A DNA stretch of 64,000 bases from an uncultured cyanobacterium (lineage in GTDB: Bacteria > Cyanobacteriota > Cyanobacteriia > Cyanobacteriales > CAWUOF01), in the NCBI GenBank assembly GCA_963744145.1, contig CAVUSO010000001.1, positions 6,080,001 through 6,144,000 on the forward strand. Direction: 5' to 3'. Below, one piece after another: positions 50,896-62,056 of the stretch. The notes beneath the pieces were generated by a model, which saw nothing but the letters and a program-made list of their open reading frames with translations, had not been told where the DNA came from and ran no database searches. Position numbers and translations under genes: made by a program. Every line of letters begins with the position of its first letter. The stretch's first letter is position 1.

Positions 50896-52494
50896 TTGGT
50901 GGTCGGCAAAATTTTTCCAAAAATATCTGGGATAGTGCTGGGGTTAACTTTAATCCCATTAAGTGTAATGGCGATCGTCCGCTCTGACTCAGTCGGATCA
51001 GCGGGAATTGATGCTCGCCGACTGCAACAGGCACCTTATAATTTAATTGGTCGGAAAATTGCCATTGGCCAAGTTGAAGTGGGCCGACCGGGACAATTTG
51101 GGATTGATAAAGCTGTTTCCCAGCATCGGGTGATGGATTTATCTCAAGTATTTTGGCGCGATCAGAAAGCCAAAAGTGATACTAATCTTGATCCTCACGC
51201 GGCTCAAGTAGCTAGTATTATCATCAGTCGAGATAAAGCTTTTCCTGGAATTGCTCCAGGAGCAAGATTATATGCTTCAGCGGTGGGTTCGATTCGCAAG
51301 AATGGACAACCAGAAGAGTGTTTAGCAGCACAGTATGTAGCCGAGCAAAATAGTAATGATGTCCGCGCAATTAACTTTAGTTTTGGGGAGTCATTAGATC
51401 AAGATCCACGTCCAAATGCGAATTTAGATGGTAATGCTTTGCTCACCCAATGTATAGACTGGTTAGCCAGAACTCATAACGTTCTTTATGTAGTTGCTGG
51501 TAATCAGGGTAAAGGTGGAATTCCGATTCCAACTGATAACTATAATGGCATAAATGTGGCTTTTTCAACCCGTCGAGACGGAATTTTTACGAAAGTTGAT
51601 TTTGCCAATTTAGGTAGTAATTTTTCAGGATTTCTCAGTCGGCTAGAAGGAAAAGAAGGTAATATTGATGGGAGAAGAGGGATTAGTTTAGTTGCTCCCG
51701 GTAGTAATCTGGCTTTGCTTGGTCTAGATGGGAAAGTAAGTTATGGTAGTGGAACCAGTTTTGCTGCTCCCCATGTCACAGCAACAGTAGCTTTATTGCA
51801 AGAATTTGGCGATCGGCAATTAAGAACTCACCAACCAAATTGGAGTATTAATTCTCGTCGTCACGAAGTAATGAAAGCAGTTTTAATGAATTCGGCTGAC
51901 AAAATTAAAGATGATGGTGATGGTTTATATTTAGGTATGACTCGGACTCTGATTGATCAACATAACCTCAATTGGTTAGAATCTGATGCTTATACTAATA
52001 AAAATATTCCCTTAGATAATCAAATGGGAACCGGTCATTTAAACGCTTTCCGAGCTTATCAACAGTTTAGTGCTGGTCAATGGTATCCTCAACAACCAAT
52101 TCCCCCGATCGGCTGGGATTATAACACTGTTGAAGTAAAAGGGAATACCTTTCAAGATTATCTTATTGGTAAACCTTTAAAACAAGGTAGTTTTGTGTCA
52201 ATTACCTTAGCTTGGGATCGGTTAATTGAGCTAAATGATTATCAAAAAAAGGGAGATTTTCAAATCGGAGCAACTTTTCGCGATCGGGGGTTAAATAATC
52301 TCCAACTCCAGTTAATTTCGATGGAAGATCAACAAGAAGTCTGGTCTTCTAATAGTCAGGTTGATAGTATTCAACATATTTTTCATCAAATTCCCAAAAC
52401 TGGACAATATAAAATTAGAGTTAAATATCAGAAACAAGCCAATGAACCGATTCAACCTTATGCGATCGCTTGGTGGACTGTACCCGATTCCTAA
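50896..52494 (+). CDS. S8 (subtilisin-like) serine peptidase, secreted
   Basis: H in DPHAAQVA, oxyanion AGN, GTSFAAPHV; signal peptide. Confidence 0.87.
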   Translation: MVVGKIFPKISGIVLGLTLIPLSVMAIVRSDSVGSAGIDARRLQQAPYNLIGRKIAIGQVEVGRPGQFGIDKAVSQHRVMDLSQVFWRDQKAKSDTNLDPHAAQVASIIISRDKAFPGIAPGARLYASAVGSIRKNGQPEECLAAQYVAEQNSNDVRAINFSFGESLDQDPRPNANLDGNALLTQCIDWLARTHNVLYVVAGNQGKGGIPIPTDNYNGINVAFSTRRDGIFTKVDFANLGSNFSGFLSRLEGKEGNIDGRRGISLVAPGSNLALLGLDGKVSYGSGTSFAAPHVTATVALLQEFGDRQLRTHQPNWSINSRRHEVMKAVLMNSADKIKDDGDGLYLGMTRTLIDQHNLNWLESDAYTNKNIPLDNQMGTGHLNAFRAYQQFSAGQWYPQQPIPPIGWDYNTVEVKGNTFQDYLIGKPLKQGSFVSITLAWDRLIELNDYQKKGDFQIGATFRDRGLNNLQLQLISMEDQQEVWSSNSQVDSIQHIFHQIPKTGQYKIRVKYQKQANEPIQPYAIAWWTVPDS

Positions 52495-52517
52495 TCAATT
52501 TATGAATAAAAAATAAA

Positions 52518-53141
52518 TTAATTACCACAATAGGCTTTAATTTTTGGGGCAAATTTGACCGAATTGCGATAATAGAAACTGGTGATAGCTGAAATTGATA
52601 AATTTAAGTCTGTAGCAATTTCTTTCCAGGTTTCACCATTACAATAGCGGAGAGCTAATGATTGATAATTAGCTTCGGGATGGTTGCGGATATATGTATT
52701 TTTTAAAATATTATCTGGATCAGATTCTAGATATTCTCTTACTAACTCTGACCGGGTTGGTTCTGGATTGGGACTTGGGATCTGCTCCTGATCAAATTTA
52801 TGAAGATTTTGGACAATATACTTGTCATTGATTTTGATCTGTGCTTCCGGAAAAAACCGATGATATAGCAAAAAATTTGCCCAGGTGATCAGTGAAGCAC
52901 GATTGGGATCATATTTTTCAATATTTTGGCAAATATATAAAAAGAGATTTTGCTTGACCTCCTCATAAATATCTTGATCCAATGGAGAAGGTTGAGCTAG
53001 AATAGGATAGTACAGTTTGCCCGATCGCATCATATAGTTACACAATTTACTTAAAGCCAAATATCGCTCTAAACTCCGAGGTGGATGTTGCTGGGCTAAT
53101 ATCGCTAGTTTGCTTAGATCTACGTCTGATGATGTGGTCAT
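52518..53141 (-). CDS. Sigma-70/ECF-like factor
   Basis: LFLYICQNIEKYDP..TWAN region-2-like; C-terminal HTH WKEIATDLNLS. Confidence 0.72.
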   Translation of the reverse strand: MTTSSDVDLSKLAILAQQHPPRSLERYLALSKLCNYMMRSGKLYYPILAQPSPLDQDIYEEVKQNLFLYICQNIEKYDPNRASLITWANFLLYHRFFPEAQIKINDKYIVQNLHKFDQEQIPSPNPEPTRSELVREYLESDPDNILKNTYIRNHPEANYQSLALRYCNGETWKEIATDLNLSISAITSFYYRNSVKFAPKIKAYCGN

Positions 53142-53436
53142 ATCACTTATCCTACTTTTTCACCTAACTTCACCGTTAATTTCCTTGATGGACATTACAC
53201 CAGAAAGTCTCTTTCGACCGTTAGGTCTATTTGACTAGCGATCGCGGGATTTTCCAGTCTGTTTAACCGCTTTTGTATGAATCACATGACTGAGGTAAGC
53301 TTAATTCAGTAGGGATCAAATCGTCAAGAGGGGGTAAAAAAAATTTGTCGATAATTTTGCTGATTTGTGCGCCAAGACTCACGGGTATGAGAGAAAATGC
53401 TATGATAAAGATTCATTAAAAATCAAAATCTAAACT

Positions 53437-54759
53437 ATGATTCCTCAAGACTTTCTCGAAGCGATCGCTAAAAATCACCGCGTGTCCAAGACTGAGCTCC
53501 AAGCTTTGTCCCTAGCGATGGGGGGACAATCAACCCGGGCGATCGCCCTAGAACTGAAAATTAGTGAAGATGCTGTCCGGAAACGTTTAAGTGAGATTTA
53601 CCAAAAATTTCATATCGCTGGGAAGGGTCCAGTTAAACTAGCTCAACTCCAGCAACTCTTGGTAAATCGCTATCAAGAATATCAAAACCAAACCAATGCA
53701 GGGGGTTTGGGTCATTTGATCAATTCGGAAAACGAAAAAGCCTATCCCCGTCAAGATTGGGGAGAAGCACCAGACCTAGATACTTTTTATGGCAGGATTA
53801 ACGAACTTGCTACCTTAGAGCAACTAATTATCCAAGATAATTGCCGATTGATTTCCCTATTAGGTACAGGAGGAATTGGTAAAACTACTTTCTGCGTCAA
53901 GCTCGCTAAAAAAATTCAAAATAAATTTGAGTATATATTTTGGCGCAGTCTTTACAATGCACCACCATTGACAGAACTGCTCAATGATTTGCTAAAATTT
54001 CTCTTTAATTCTTTAGATCCAGCTTTAACAGAAGATGTTGACGAAAATATTTTGCGATTAACTAACTATTTACAAAAACATCGCTGTTTATTGATTTTAG
54101 ATGATGTGGAAAATATTCTGCGGAGTGGTGATGTCTATGGGCGTTATCGTCCAGACCGTAACGATTATGGCTTATTCTTCAAAAGACTAGCAGAAAAGCG
54201 TCATCAAAGTTGTTTCATTGTAATTAGTCGGGAAAAGTTGACAGATATAAGCTTGATGGAAAATCCAACTGGTGTAGTTCGTTCTTATGAATTGATGGGT
54301 TTAAAACCAGAAGAAGCCAAAGAAATTTTGGAAGAAAATGAATTAACTGGCAAACCGCAATGGGCAGAATTAATTCGTCTGTATCGTGGTAATCCGGCAG
54401 ATTTAAAATTAATTGTCTCTACCATTAAGGAGATTTTTAATAGCAATGTTGCTGAATTTATGAATTTAGGAACAATTGTGATTAACTACGTGCGTCTGGA
54501 AAAAGATTTTGGTCGCTTATCGGAAAAAGAGAAGCAGGTTATGTATCATTTAGCTAGCAGTGATCAAACTTTTTCCTTTCAAGATTTATCTCACCAAATC
54601 GAGAAAATATCAGCTTCTGACTTAATTGAGATTTTAGAATCTTTAACCCGGCGATCGCTGATCAATAAGAACCAAAAACCAAATACGTCGGAATCCCTGT
54701 TTACTATTCAACCAGTCATCAGAAAATACATCACTAAATTTCAAGCAAATGATCAATAA
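53437..54759 (+). CDS. LuxR-like HTH + NB-ARC (STAND) NTPase lacking a repeat sensor
   Basis: IALELKISEDAVRKRL; DWGEAP..FYGR; GTGGIGKT; LLILDDVE; GNP; wHTH. Confidence 0.87.
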   Translation: MIPQDFLEAIAKNHRVSKTELQALSLAMGGQSTRAIALELKISEDAVRKRLSEIYQKFHIAGKGPVKLAQLQQLLVNRYQEYQNQTNAGGLGHLINSENEKAYPRQDWGEAPDLDTFYGRINELATLEQLIIQDNCRLISLLGTGGIGKTTFCVKLAKKIQNKFEYIFWRSLYNAPPLTELLNDLLKFLFNSLDPALTEDVDENILRLTNYLQKHRCLLILDDVENILRSGDVYGRYRPDRNDYGLFFKRLAEKRHQSCFIVISREKLTDISLMENPTGVVRSYELMGLKPEEAKEILEENELTGKPQWAELIRLYRGNPADLKLIVSTIKEIFNSNVAEFMNLGTIVINYVRLEKDFGRLSEKEKQVMYHLASSDQTFSFQDLSHQIEKISASDLIEILESLTRRSLINKNQKPNTSESLFTIQPVIRKYITKFQANDQ

Positions 54760-56484
54760 ATGAAACCAGAATCTAACATAAATTACTGCATTAACCCAGA
54801 ATGTAAATTACGTCAAAATCCTCAAGATTTGTCGTATTGTCACAACTGTGGGACTGTTTTGCTGATCGATGGTAAATATCGGTTAGTTAAACCTTTACGT
54901 CCATTAGATCCCCGTCATCACACGGATATATTTGAAGTAGTAGATGATCAGGGAACTGCCAAAGTCATGAAGGTCTTAAAAGACGACAGTCCCGATGTAG
55001 TGGAAATGTTTGAAAAAGAAGCTTTCACATTGAAACGTCTCCAGAAGAATCCGGGGATTCCTCAAGTAGAAAGTGATGGGTATTTTACCTTTACTCCCAA
55101 AAATAGTGAGGTAAGATTATCCTGTTTAGTCATGGAAAAAATTGAGGGTGATAATTTAGAAGATTGGATTGCTAAACATGGCTCCATTTCTAAAGCTAAA
55201 GCTCTCAATTGGCTCAAACAATTAATTAGAATTCTGGATACTGTCCATCAACATCATTTTTTCCATCGGGATATTAAACCCTCTAATATCATGCTCCGAC
55301 CCAATGGAGAATTAGTATTAATTGATTTTGGTACAGTGAGAGGAATTACAGCAACTTACATTCCCAAATTACAATCAAAACAAATTACTACCAGCTTTTC
55401 CGGGGGTTATACACCATTAGAACAAATCAATGGACAAGCAACCCCCCAATCTGATTTCTATGCTTTAGGACGTACCTTCGTTTATTTACTAACGGGTAAA
55501 CACCCCACAGATTTTCCGACTAACCCAAAAACCAATCAGTTAATCTGGCGAAAACAAGCTCCCCATATTTCTAAAGCGTTAGGAGATTTTATTGACGAAT
55601 TAATGGCACCAGCTTTAGCCAATAGACCCTTAAATACTAAGGGGATTTTGGATTATTTAAACCCTAATGGTTTGTTAATCAAGATTTTCCTACGCTTTGT
55701 TAAATCGCCCACATTTAAGGTGATTATTTTTGGCTTATTATTACTAGGTTTTATTTATCGTTTATCCTATCCATTACAGGGGGATTATTATTTTCAAGAA
55801 GCATTAAAAGCGCAATTAGCGGATGATTCTGAAAAAGCGAAAGCGAATTATGCCCAAGCGATAGCTTTTACCCCTAATGATGCCAGAATTTATAATAACT
55901 GGGGACATATCTGTCAGGAACAGGGTGATAATGAATGCGCTGAATCAATGTTTAAAAAAGCGACAGAGCTTGATTATTATAATGCGGTCGCTCACTATAA
56001 TTTAGGAGAGCTTCATGAAGATTTAGGTGATCGAAAAAGTGCGATCGCTGAATATGAGATTGCCATTAAACTTAATAAAAATATTTCAGCAGATGCTTAT
56101 AGTAATTTAGGGCGTTTATATATTTTAAAGCAACAGCCAGAGAAAGCGATTGAATTATCGCTTGTCGGGTTAAAAAAAGCTAATAATGGTAGAGTTAAAT
56201 CAGCTTTATATAAAAATCTTGGTTGGGCAGAGTGGATGCAAATAAACTATCCTCAAGCTGAGGCTCATTTACGAGAAGCAATTAAATTAAATGAAAAACG
56301 CACAGATACTTACTGTGTCTTAGCACAAGTTTTAGAATCTGAAAATCATCAGCAAGATGCTTTATCTATGTGGAACAAATGTTTACAGCCAGATGACCAA
56401 AATAAAGATATAAATATTTGGAGAACTATGGCTTATCAACGCTTAAACAATGCTAGTTTTCACTTGAAATATCCCGATGAGTAA
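54760..56484 (+). CDS. Zn-ribbon / Ser-Thr kinase / TM / TPR protein
   Basis: [26 protein letters not shown] segment; TPRs. Confidence 0.92.
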   Translation: MKPESNINYCINPECKLRQNPQDLSYCHNCGTVLLIDGKYRLVKPLRPLDPRHHTDIFEVVDDQGTAKVMKVLKDDSPDVVEMFEKEAFTLKRLQKNPGIPQVESDGYFTFTPKNSEVRLSCLVMEKIEGDNLEDWIAKHGSISKAKALNWLKQLIRILDTVHQHHFFHRDIKPSNIMLRPNGELVLIDFGTVRGITATYIPKLQSKQITTSFSGGYTPLEQINGQATPQSDFYALGRTFVYLLTGKHPTDFPTNPKTNQLIWRKQAPHISKALGDFIDELMAPALANRPLNTKGILDYLNPNGLLIKIFLRFVKSPTFKVIIFGLLLLGFIYRLSYPLQGDYYFQEALKAQLADDSEKAKANYAQAIAFTPNDARIYNNWGHICQEQGDNECAESMFKKATELDYYNAVAHYNLGELHEDLGDRKSAIAEYEIAIKLNKNISADAYSNLGRLYILKQQPEKAIELSLVGLKKANNGRVKSALYKNLGWAEWMQINYPQAEAHLREAIKLNEKRTDTYCVLAQVLESENHQQDALSMWNKCLQPDDQNKDINIWRTMAYQRLNNASFHLKYPDE

Positions 56485-57772
56485 AAGACTGAGCATCTTT
56501 CCCCGTATAAGTAGCTACAATATGACCATTTCCAGTTACTTGATACTTATATGTCACTAAACCTTCTAAACCAACAGGTCCTCTTGGTGGTAATTGCTGG
56601 GTACTAATTCCCACTTCAGCTCCAAATCCATAGCGGAAACCATCAGCAAAACGAGTAGAACAATTATGATATACTCCCGCTGCATTAACTTGAGCCAAAA
56701 AAGTTGCAGCTGATTCGGTGTTTTCGGTGACGATCGCTTCTGTATGTTTGGAACCATAAGTATTAATATGTGCGATCGCTGACTCTAAAGAATCTACAAC
56801 TTTAATCGCTAAAATTAAATCACTATATTCAGTAGACCAATCACTGTCATTGGCTGGTAAAATATCAGGAATTATTTGACTAGTATATTCATCACCGCGT
56901 AATTCAACATTTTTAGCTTTTAACTCTGTTGCAATTAGAGGTAAAATCAAACTCGCTATATTTTGATGCACTAATAAAGTTTCGATCGCATTACAAGCAG
57001 CCGGATATTGAGTTTTGCTATCAACCGCGATCGCGATCGCTTTTTCCCAATCAGCAGCTTGATCTATATATAGATGACAAATCCCTTCCGCATGACCAAG
57101 CACCGGAATCCGGGTATGATCTTGCACAAAACGGACAAAAGAATTAGATCCTCTCGGAATAATCAAATCAACATATTCATCTAGTTGAAGTAACTCCATT
57201 GTTTCAGCTCTAGTCGTCAATAACTGCACTACATTTGGATCAACTTCAGTCTGTGCTAAACCTTGATGAATCGCTTTTACTAAAGCTTCACAGGAACGAA
57301 CTGCTTCCTTACCACCTTTGAGGATTACCCCATTACCTGATTTAATTGCCAAACTCGAAATTTGCATGACCGCATCAGGACGAGCTTCAAAAATTACCCC
57401 TACCACACCCAAAGGACAACTAACTCGTTTCAGGATTAAACCAGAATCAAGTTCACGGTGTAACTGAACTACACCAACTGGATCAGGGAGACGAGCTACA
57501 TCACGCACCCCAGCGATCGCAGCTAATAACTTCGATTCATCTAACTTTAACCTGGCATAAAGAGCAGGAGCAATACCTGCGGCTTGAGATTCTAGACAAT
57601 CTGCCCAATTAGCCGCTAAAATTTCTTCAGTCGCAGCTTCTAGAGACCTAGCTACAGATTCGATCGCATCATTTTTCTTCTCTGTAGACAGAGTAGCCAA
57701 GTGACGAGCAGACTGACGAGTAGATTGAGCGACAGTAATTAAAGACAAAGAAGCAGCCGGAGAAACAGACAT
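56453..57772 (-). CDS. proA: Gamma-glutamyl phosphate reductase
   Basis: [33 protein letters not shown]. Confidence 0.97.
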   Translation of the reverse strand: MSVSPAASLSLITVAQSTRQSARHLATLSTEKKNDAIESVARSLEAATEEILAANWADCLESQAAGIAPALYARLKLDESKLLAAIAGVRDVARLPDPVGVVQLHRELDSGLILKRVSCPLGVVGVIFEARPDAVMQISSLAIKSGNGVILKGGKEAVRSCEALVKAIHQGLAQTEVDPNVVQLLTTRAETMELLQLDEYVDLIIPRGSNSFVRFVQDHTRIPVLGHAEGICHLYIDQAADWEKAIAIAVDSKTQYPAACNAIETLLVHQNIASLILPLIATELKAKNVELRGDEYTSQIIPDILPANDSDWSTEYSDLILAIKVVDSLESAIAHINTYGSKHTEAIVTENTESAATFLAQVNAAGVYHNCSTRFADGFRYGFGAEVGISTQQLPPRGPVGLEGLVTYKYQVTGNGHIVATYTGKDAQSFTHRDISSEN

Positions 57773-57931
57773 AAAAATAGGGAAAGGTAATTAGAAAATG
57801 TGAAATAAATAGGACAGGTATAAATAGGACAGGCAAGATGCCTGTCCCACAAAAGAAGATACATCATAATCTACTATAGATAATGGAAATTCGATCGCTA
57901 TCGCCCTCTTATCAGCCACCAACCTAAACCC

Positions 57932-58897
57932 ATGTCTTACGATCTCGAAAAACAAACGGCAATTCAAGCAACGATCGCAGCAGCTAAACTGTGTCAACAA
58001 GTACGTCAAGACATTCCCCAAGCATTAGAAAAAAGCGATAAAAGTCCAGTCACAGTAGCTGACTTTGGTTCCCAAGCAATTATCTGTAAAGCGATCGCCG
58101 CAGCATTTCCTGAAGATCCCATTGTCGCTGAAGAAGACGCTACCACATTGCGACAACCGGAAATGATCGAGCAATTGACAAAAGTCACTAACTATGTTAA
58201 AGAAATCATCCCTACCGCCACCGCAGCACAAGTGGTAGATTGGATTGATCGGGGGAATGGTAAATTAGCTCCTCGCTATTGGACATTAGATCCTATTGAT
58301 GGCACTAAAGGATTCTTAAGACAAGATCAATATGCGATCGCTCTAGCATTAGTAGAAGCAGGACAAGTAAAAGTAGGCATTTTAGGTTGTCCAGCTCTAA
58401 CTATAGATGGGAGTACGGGTGTATTATTTGTGGCAGAACGGGGGAAAGGATCAACCATGATTCCCCTCACTGGTGGAGAACCTCGTAGCATCCATGTAGT
58501 TAGTGCAGGAAATATTAGCAATTACCGTTTTGCTGAAAGTGTAGAAACAAGTCATGGAGACAGCGATCGCCAAGTAGCAGTCGCTAAAGCAGTCGGGATT
58601 ACAGCACCTTCGATTCGGATGGATAGTCAAGCTAAATATGGCGCAGTTGCTTGTGGTATGGCAGCATTATATATCCGATTACCATCACCTCAAAACCCAG
58701 ACTATCGGGAGAATATTTGGGATCATGCCGCTGGGACAATTATAGTTGAAGAAGCTGGTGGCATAGTGACAGATATGTATGGTTTACCACTGAATTTTTC
58801 CGAAGGAATTAAGATGATTGATAATCAGGGAGTAATTGCTAGTAATGGTGCAATTCATGAGCAAATTTTAGCTGTGTTTCGCGAAAAAATACATTAA
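57932..58897 (+). CDS. 3'(2'),5'-bisphosphate nucleotidase (HAL2-type)
   Basis: SPVTVADF, LDPIDGTKGF, DSQAKY, ENIWDHAAG. Confidence 0.93.
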   Translation: MSYDLEKQTAIQATIAAAKLCQQVRQDIPQALEKSDKSPVTVADFGSQAIICKAIAAAFPEDPIVAEEDATTLRQPEMIEQLTKVTNYVKEIIPTATAAQVVDWIDRGNGKLAPRYWTLDPIDGTKGFLRQDQYAIALALVEAGQVKVGILGCPALTIDGSTGVLFVAERGKGSTMIPLTGGEPRSIHVVSAGNISNYRFAESVETSHGDSDRQVAVAKAVGITAPSIRMDSQAKYGAVACGMAALYIRLPSPQNPDYRENIWDHAAGTIIVEEAGGIVTDMYGLPLNFSEGIKMIDNQGVIASNGAIHEQILAVFREKIH

Positions 58898-58947
58898 GAA
58901 GCTTTTTAATGATAAGATCATATTAGTTTATCAAATACTCTTAAAAA

Positions 58948-59310
58948 ATGCTAAGAAATTTCCTGATTACTGTTACCTTATTATCAAGCCTGCCGCTCCT
59001 GGCTTTTCAGGCTAATGCGACTGAACATCGATGTGGATGGTTACAAAATCCCACACCAGGAAATTGGTGGTTAAATGATAAAGATGGAAGATGGATTATC
59101 TCAGCTCAAGGAGGATATCAAGCTCAAGGAATGGATAACCTCCCCAACATTAGCGATGATCAATATGTAAAAACTAATGGTTACCACGGATATGGTTGTG
59201 CTTGTCTAGATGTAGAAACTAATGATAATATGCAGATCACAAGCATTCAAGGTGGCCAAGCGTCGCTCTTGGAAATATGTCGCAAAGATAACACATTACC
59301 AAAGCCATGA
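58948..59310 (+). CDS. DUF4087-like secreted protein
   Basis: RCGWLQNPTPGNWWL..YGCAC; signal peptide. Confidence 0.8.
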   Translation: MLRNFLITVTLLSSLPLLAFQANATEHRCGWLQNPTPGNWWLNDKDGRWIISAQGGYQAQGMDNLPNISDDQYVKTNGYHGYGCACLDVETNDNMQITSIQGGQASLLEICRKDNTLPKP

Positions 59311-59512
59311 AATTTGTGGGTTTTCCTGGTCTGAGTAAATTTTGTAACAATTGATAAAGTTCTGCATAAAAGTAGCTGTTTCTACCAGAGATATTAGTAG
59401 CACAGGAAGTTTGTTGCTGGAATAGCGACCAAATGGTTACTTGAAATCAGGGCGATCGCGATCTAGATGACTCCTTTGCTAAGACCAAATCAACTGGATA
59501 AACACCACAAAA

Positions 59513-59968
59513 ATGATTATGCAATTTCCATCTAAAGCAACGGTTGCTCTATTTGCATTGGGTACGCTGACAACCGTCACGACTCTGACCACAACTTCTC
59601 TATTTAACCCTCAACCAGCCAATGCGGCACAGTTTTGTCAATGTGTAGGATATGTAGCAAACCGTTTTCACATTAGTATTCCAGCTAATGCTAAAGATGC
59701 TGGACCAGTTTTAGCTCGGAATGGATTTAGAAGAGTGAGTCCTCAAGCTGGTGCGATCGTAATTATGCAACCCTCTTTTCCAGGTGCAGACAAAACTTAT
59801 GGTCATATTGGGGTAGTCGAAAGCATTCAGCCTAATGGTCATATTACTGTCCGCGCAGCCAATCAAATTGGTAATAAATTTACTGAGGATAACTGTAATA
59901 ATGTGACCGTAATCGGTTTTCGTCAGAGTGTCTCTGGTCGTTCAGATGTTTCGTTTTGGGTTCGGTAA
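59513..59968 (+). CDS. CHAP-domain secreted peptidoglycan hydrolase
   Basis: QCVGYV and YGHIGVVE catalytic Cys/His; signal peptide. Confidence 0.85.
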   Translation: MIMQFPSKATVALFALGTLTTVTTLTTTSLFNPQPANAAQFCQCVGYVANRFHISIPANAKDAGPVLARNGFRRVSPQAGAIVIMQPSFPGADKTYGHIGVVESIQPNGHITVRAANQIGNKFTEDNCNNVTVIGFRQSVSGRSDVSFWVR

Positions 59969-59990
59969 GGAAAATCTAAGTATGTAGCTT

Positions 59991-60128
59991 ATACCAATTT
60001 TTGATGAAACTGCATAGAATTGATTCCCCCAACCCCCTTAACAAGGGGGAGCATGAATTAAAAGTCCCCCTTTTTAAGGGGGATGCGAGGGGGATCGAAA
60101 TCTGTGCAACTTCACATTAAATTGGTAT
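59991..60128. mobile_element. MITE family A, uninterrupted copy (~138 bp)
   Basis: ATACCAATTT...AAATTGGTAT TIRs; internal CCCCCTT..AAGGGGG hairpins. Confidence 0.8.
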
Positions 60129-60232
60129 TATACCTGGGAATTAATTAAAAAATTCCCGGGTGAAAACTCGAAAATTCAGAAGATTACAGAGCGATCGCCC
60201 GACTGGAAACCATTAAGCTGTAAAATATCAAT

Positions 60233-60532
60233 ATGGCTAAACCAACTGAAATTAAAGAACAACAACATCCCTTATATAACGCCGATCGCCAGATTCTGAA
60301 TGAGTTATTACAAATAACTCAAAATCCTAATAATTATCAACTGGTAGAATTGGCAAGATTAACAATCCGTTACCGAGGATTTCCCGGAGCTAGAGATATT
60401 CAACAAGACTTAAATCGTCTTCTTAATCAATGGAAATTGAGTGAAGAAGCACTCTATGAAAAAACTCGCTCCATTCATGAAATCGCCCAAGTATATCGAA
60501 ATAAAAAACAAGAGCAAGAAGATTGGGATTAA
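60233..60532 (+). CDS. DUF3288 family protein
   Basis: QQHPLY..LARLTIRYRGFPGARDIQ. Confidence 0.88.
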   Translation: MAKPTEIKEQQHPLYNADRQILNELLQITQNPNNYQLVELARLTIRYRGFPGARDIQQDLNRLLNQWKLSEEALYEKTRSIHEIAQVYRNKKQEQEDWD

Positions 60533-60538
60533 ATTAAT

Positions 60539-61975
60539 TTACTTGATTTCATTAACCACGCGAGGAGCTGATTGATTAACCTCTGCTGCTAAGGGAGTAA
60601 TTTGTTTATTCATAGTTTCAGTCAAAGGAGCGAGGGTTTTAGCTAACTCAGCTTGTTTTTGTAATTCCTGGGTAGAAGATACCAAACCACTTAAACCATT
60701 AACTAATCGACGTAGATTATTACGAAAAGCTGGATCTCCAGTCAAATCATCTAAATCCGAGGTAATTTTTTGAGCATTTTGAAAAGTAGCACGAGCTGAA
60801 TCTAAAGTTTGTTGCAATAATAATAAATTAGTAGGATTATTAGCAGCATTAGATAAATCTCGCAAATTAGCTGATGCTTTAGCAGCATTAGCAGATAAAA
60901 CTTCTAGATTTTGTAATAATTGCCCTTGTTTAATTTGATTAACTAAAGGAGTGAAATTAGCAACAGTAAGATGTAATTGAGTGCTAGTTTCACTAATTTC
61001 ATTAAGAGTTTTGGTTAACGTATTACGATTAGTCACAAGCAGAGTATCTAAATTATCAACTAATTGATTAATTTTATTAGAAGTTGTCCCTAGTTGACGA
61101 GTAGTTTGATTAGCTTGATCCGCAGTTGAATTAATTTGACGATTCAGATTATTTGCGGTTAATTCTATTTGACGATTAGCTTGATTTGCGGTAATTCCAA
61201 TCTGCTGTGCTGCTACATTAATTTGATTAGTTGTTTGAGTGAGTTGATGATTAAGTTGACTCGTAGTTCCACCAATTTGATTAACTAAGGAACTAACTCC
61301 CTCCGTAGTCCGATTAATTGCATCAGCAGAAACTACAGCAGAAGTAGCTAGAATTTTGATTTGGTCTTCTACTGTTTGAGTTAAACTAGATAGATCATGA
61401 GTTAATTGAGTCACACCTTCACTCGCGGTAGCTGCATTTTTCACCACCGTGGTAAAATTAGTAATAAAAGTTGGATCACTTAAAATATTACCTAACTTTA
61501 CAGTCACCCGCAAAAGGTCATTCAAACTCACCCCAACTTCACCAGCTAATTGGGAACGATCGCAAATAATTAAAGTCCGATCGCAATCAGCATCAAGGGG
61601 TTTTTTAATATTACCTAAATTAGCTATTTCCTTGATGGGTGTAATATCAATAGCAGTCTCGCTAATTAAACCAGCTTGATTAGCTTCAATCATAATATTG
61701 AGAGGAATGATTAAATCAGCTGGGGAAATTTCAATCTGGACATCTACCCCATGGGGTCCAGGTTTAATTCCGATAATTTTCCCAACCGTAACTCCACGAT
61801 AGCGCACAGGAGCGCCCACTTGCATTCCTCCGGCATTAGCAAATTTAACGATCGCAGTATAGCTATTTCGACTAAAGGGAATTCCACGTAACCAAAAAAC
61901 TAACACAACAAATAAACCCATCCCCATCAAGAGCAACAATCCTAGAGAACCTTCTCGAACTCTTCGCGATCGCAT
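60539..61975 (-). CDS. mlaD: MlaD/MCE family protein with long helical extension
   Basis: REGSLGL, GAPVRYRGVTVG; downstream of the ABC ATPase. Confidence 0.88.
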   Translation of the reverse strand: MRSRRVREGSLGLLLLMGMGLFVVLVFWLRGIPFSRNSYTAIVKFANAGGMQVGAPVRYRGVTVGKIIGIKPGPHGVDVQIEISPADLIIPLNIMIEANQAGLISETAIDITPIKEIANLGNIKKPLDADCDRTLIICDRSQLAGEVGVSLNDLLRVTVKLGNILSDPTFITNFTTVVKNAATASEGVTQLTHDLSSLTQTVEDQIKILATSAVVSADAINRTTEGVSSLVNQIGGTTSQLNHQLTQTTNQINVAAQQIGITANQANRQIELTANNLNRQINSTADQANQTTRQLGTTSNKINQLVDNLDTLLVTNRNTLTKTLNEISETSTQLHLTVANFTPLVNQIKQGQLLQNLEVLSANAAKASANLRDLSNAANNPTNLLLLQQTLDSARATFQNAQKITSDLDDLTGDPAFRNNLRRLVNGLSGLVSSTQELQKQAELAKTLAPLTETMNKQITPLAAEVNQSAPRVVNEIK

Positions 61976-62056
61976 ATTAACTCCTCTAGTTGACGATAAC
62001 AATTCTGGATTTAATCGCTTAAATCGAGCATTATGCTGATTGCTCTCACCAGTATT

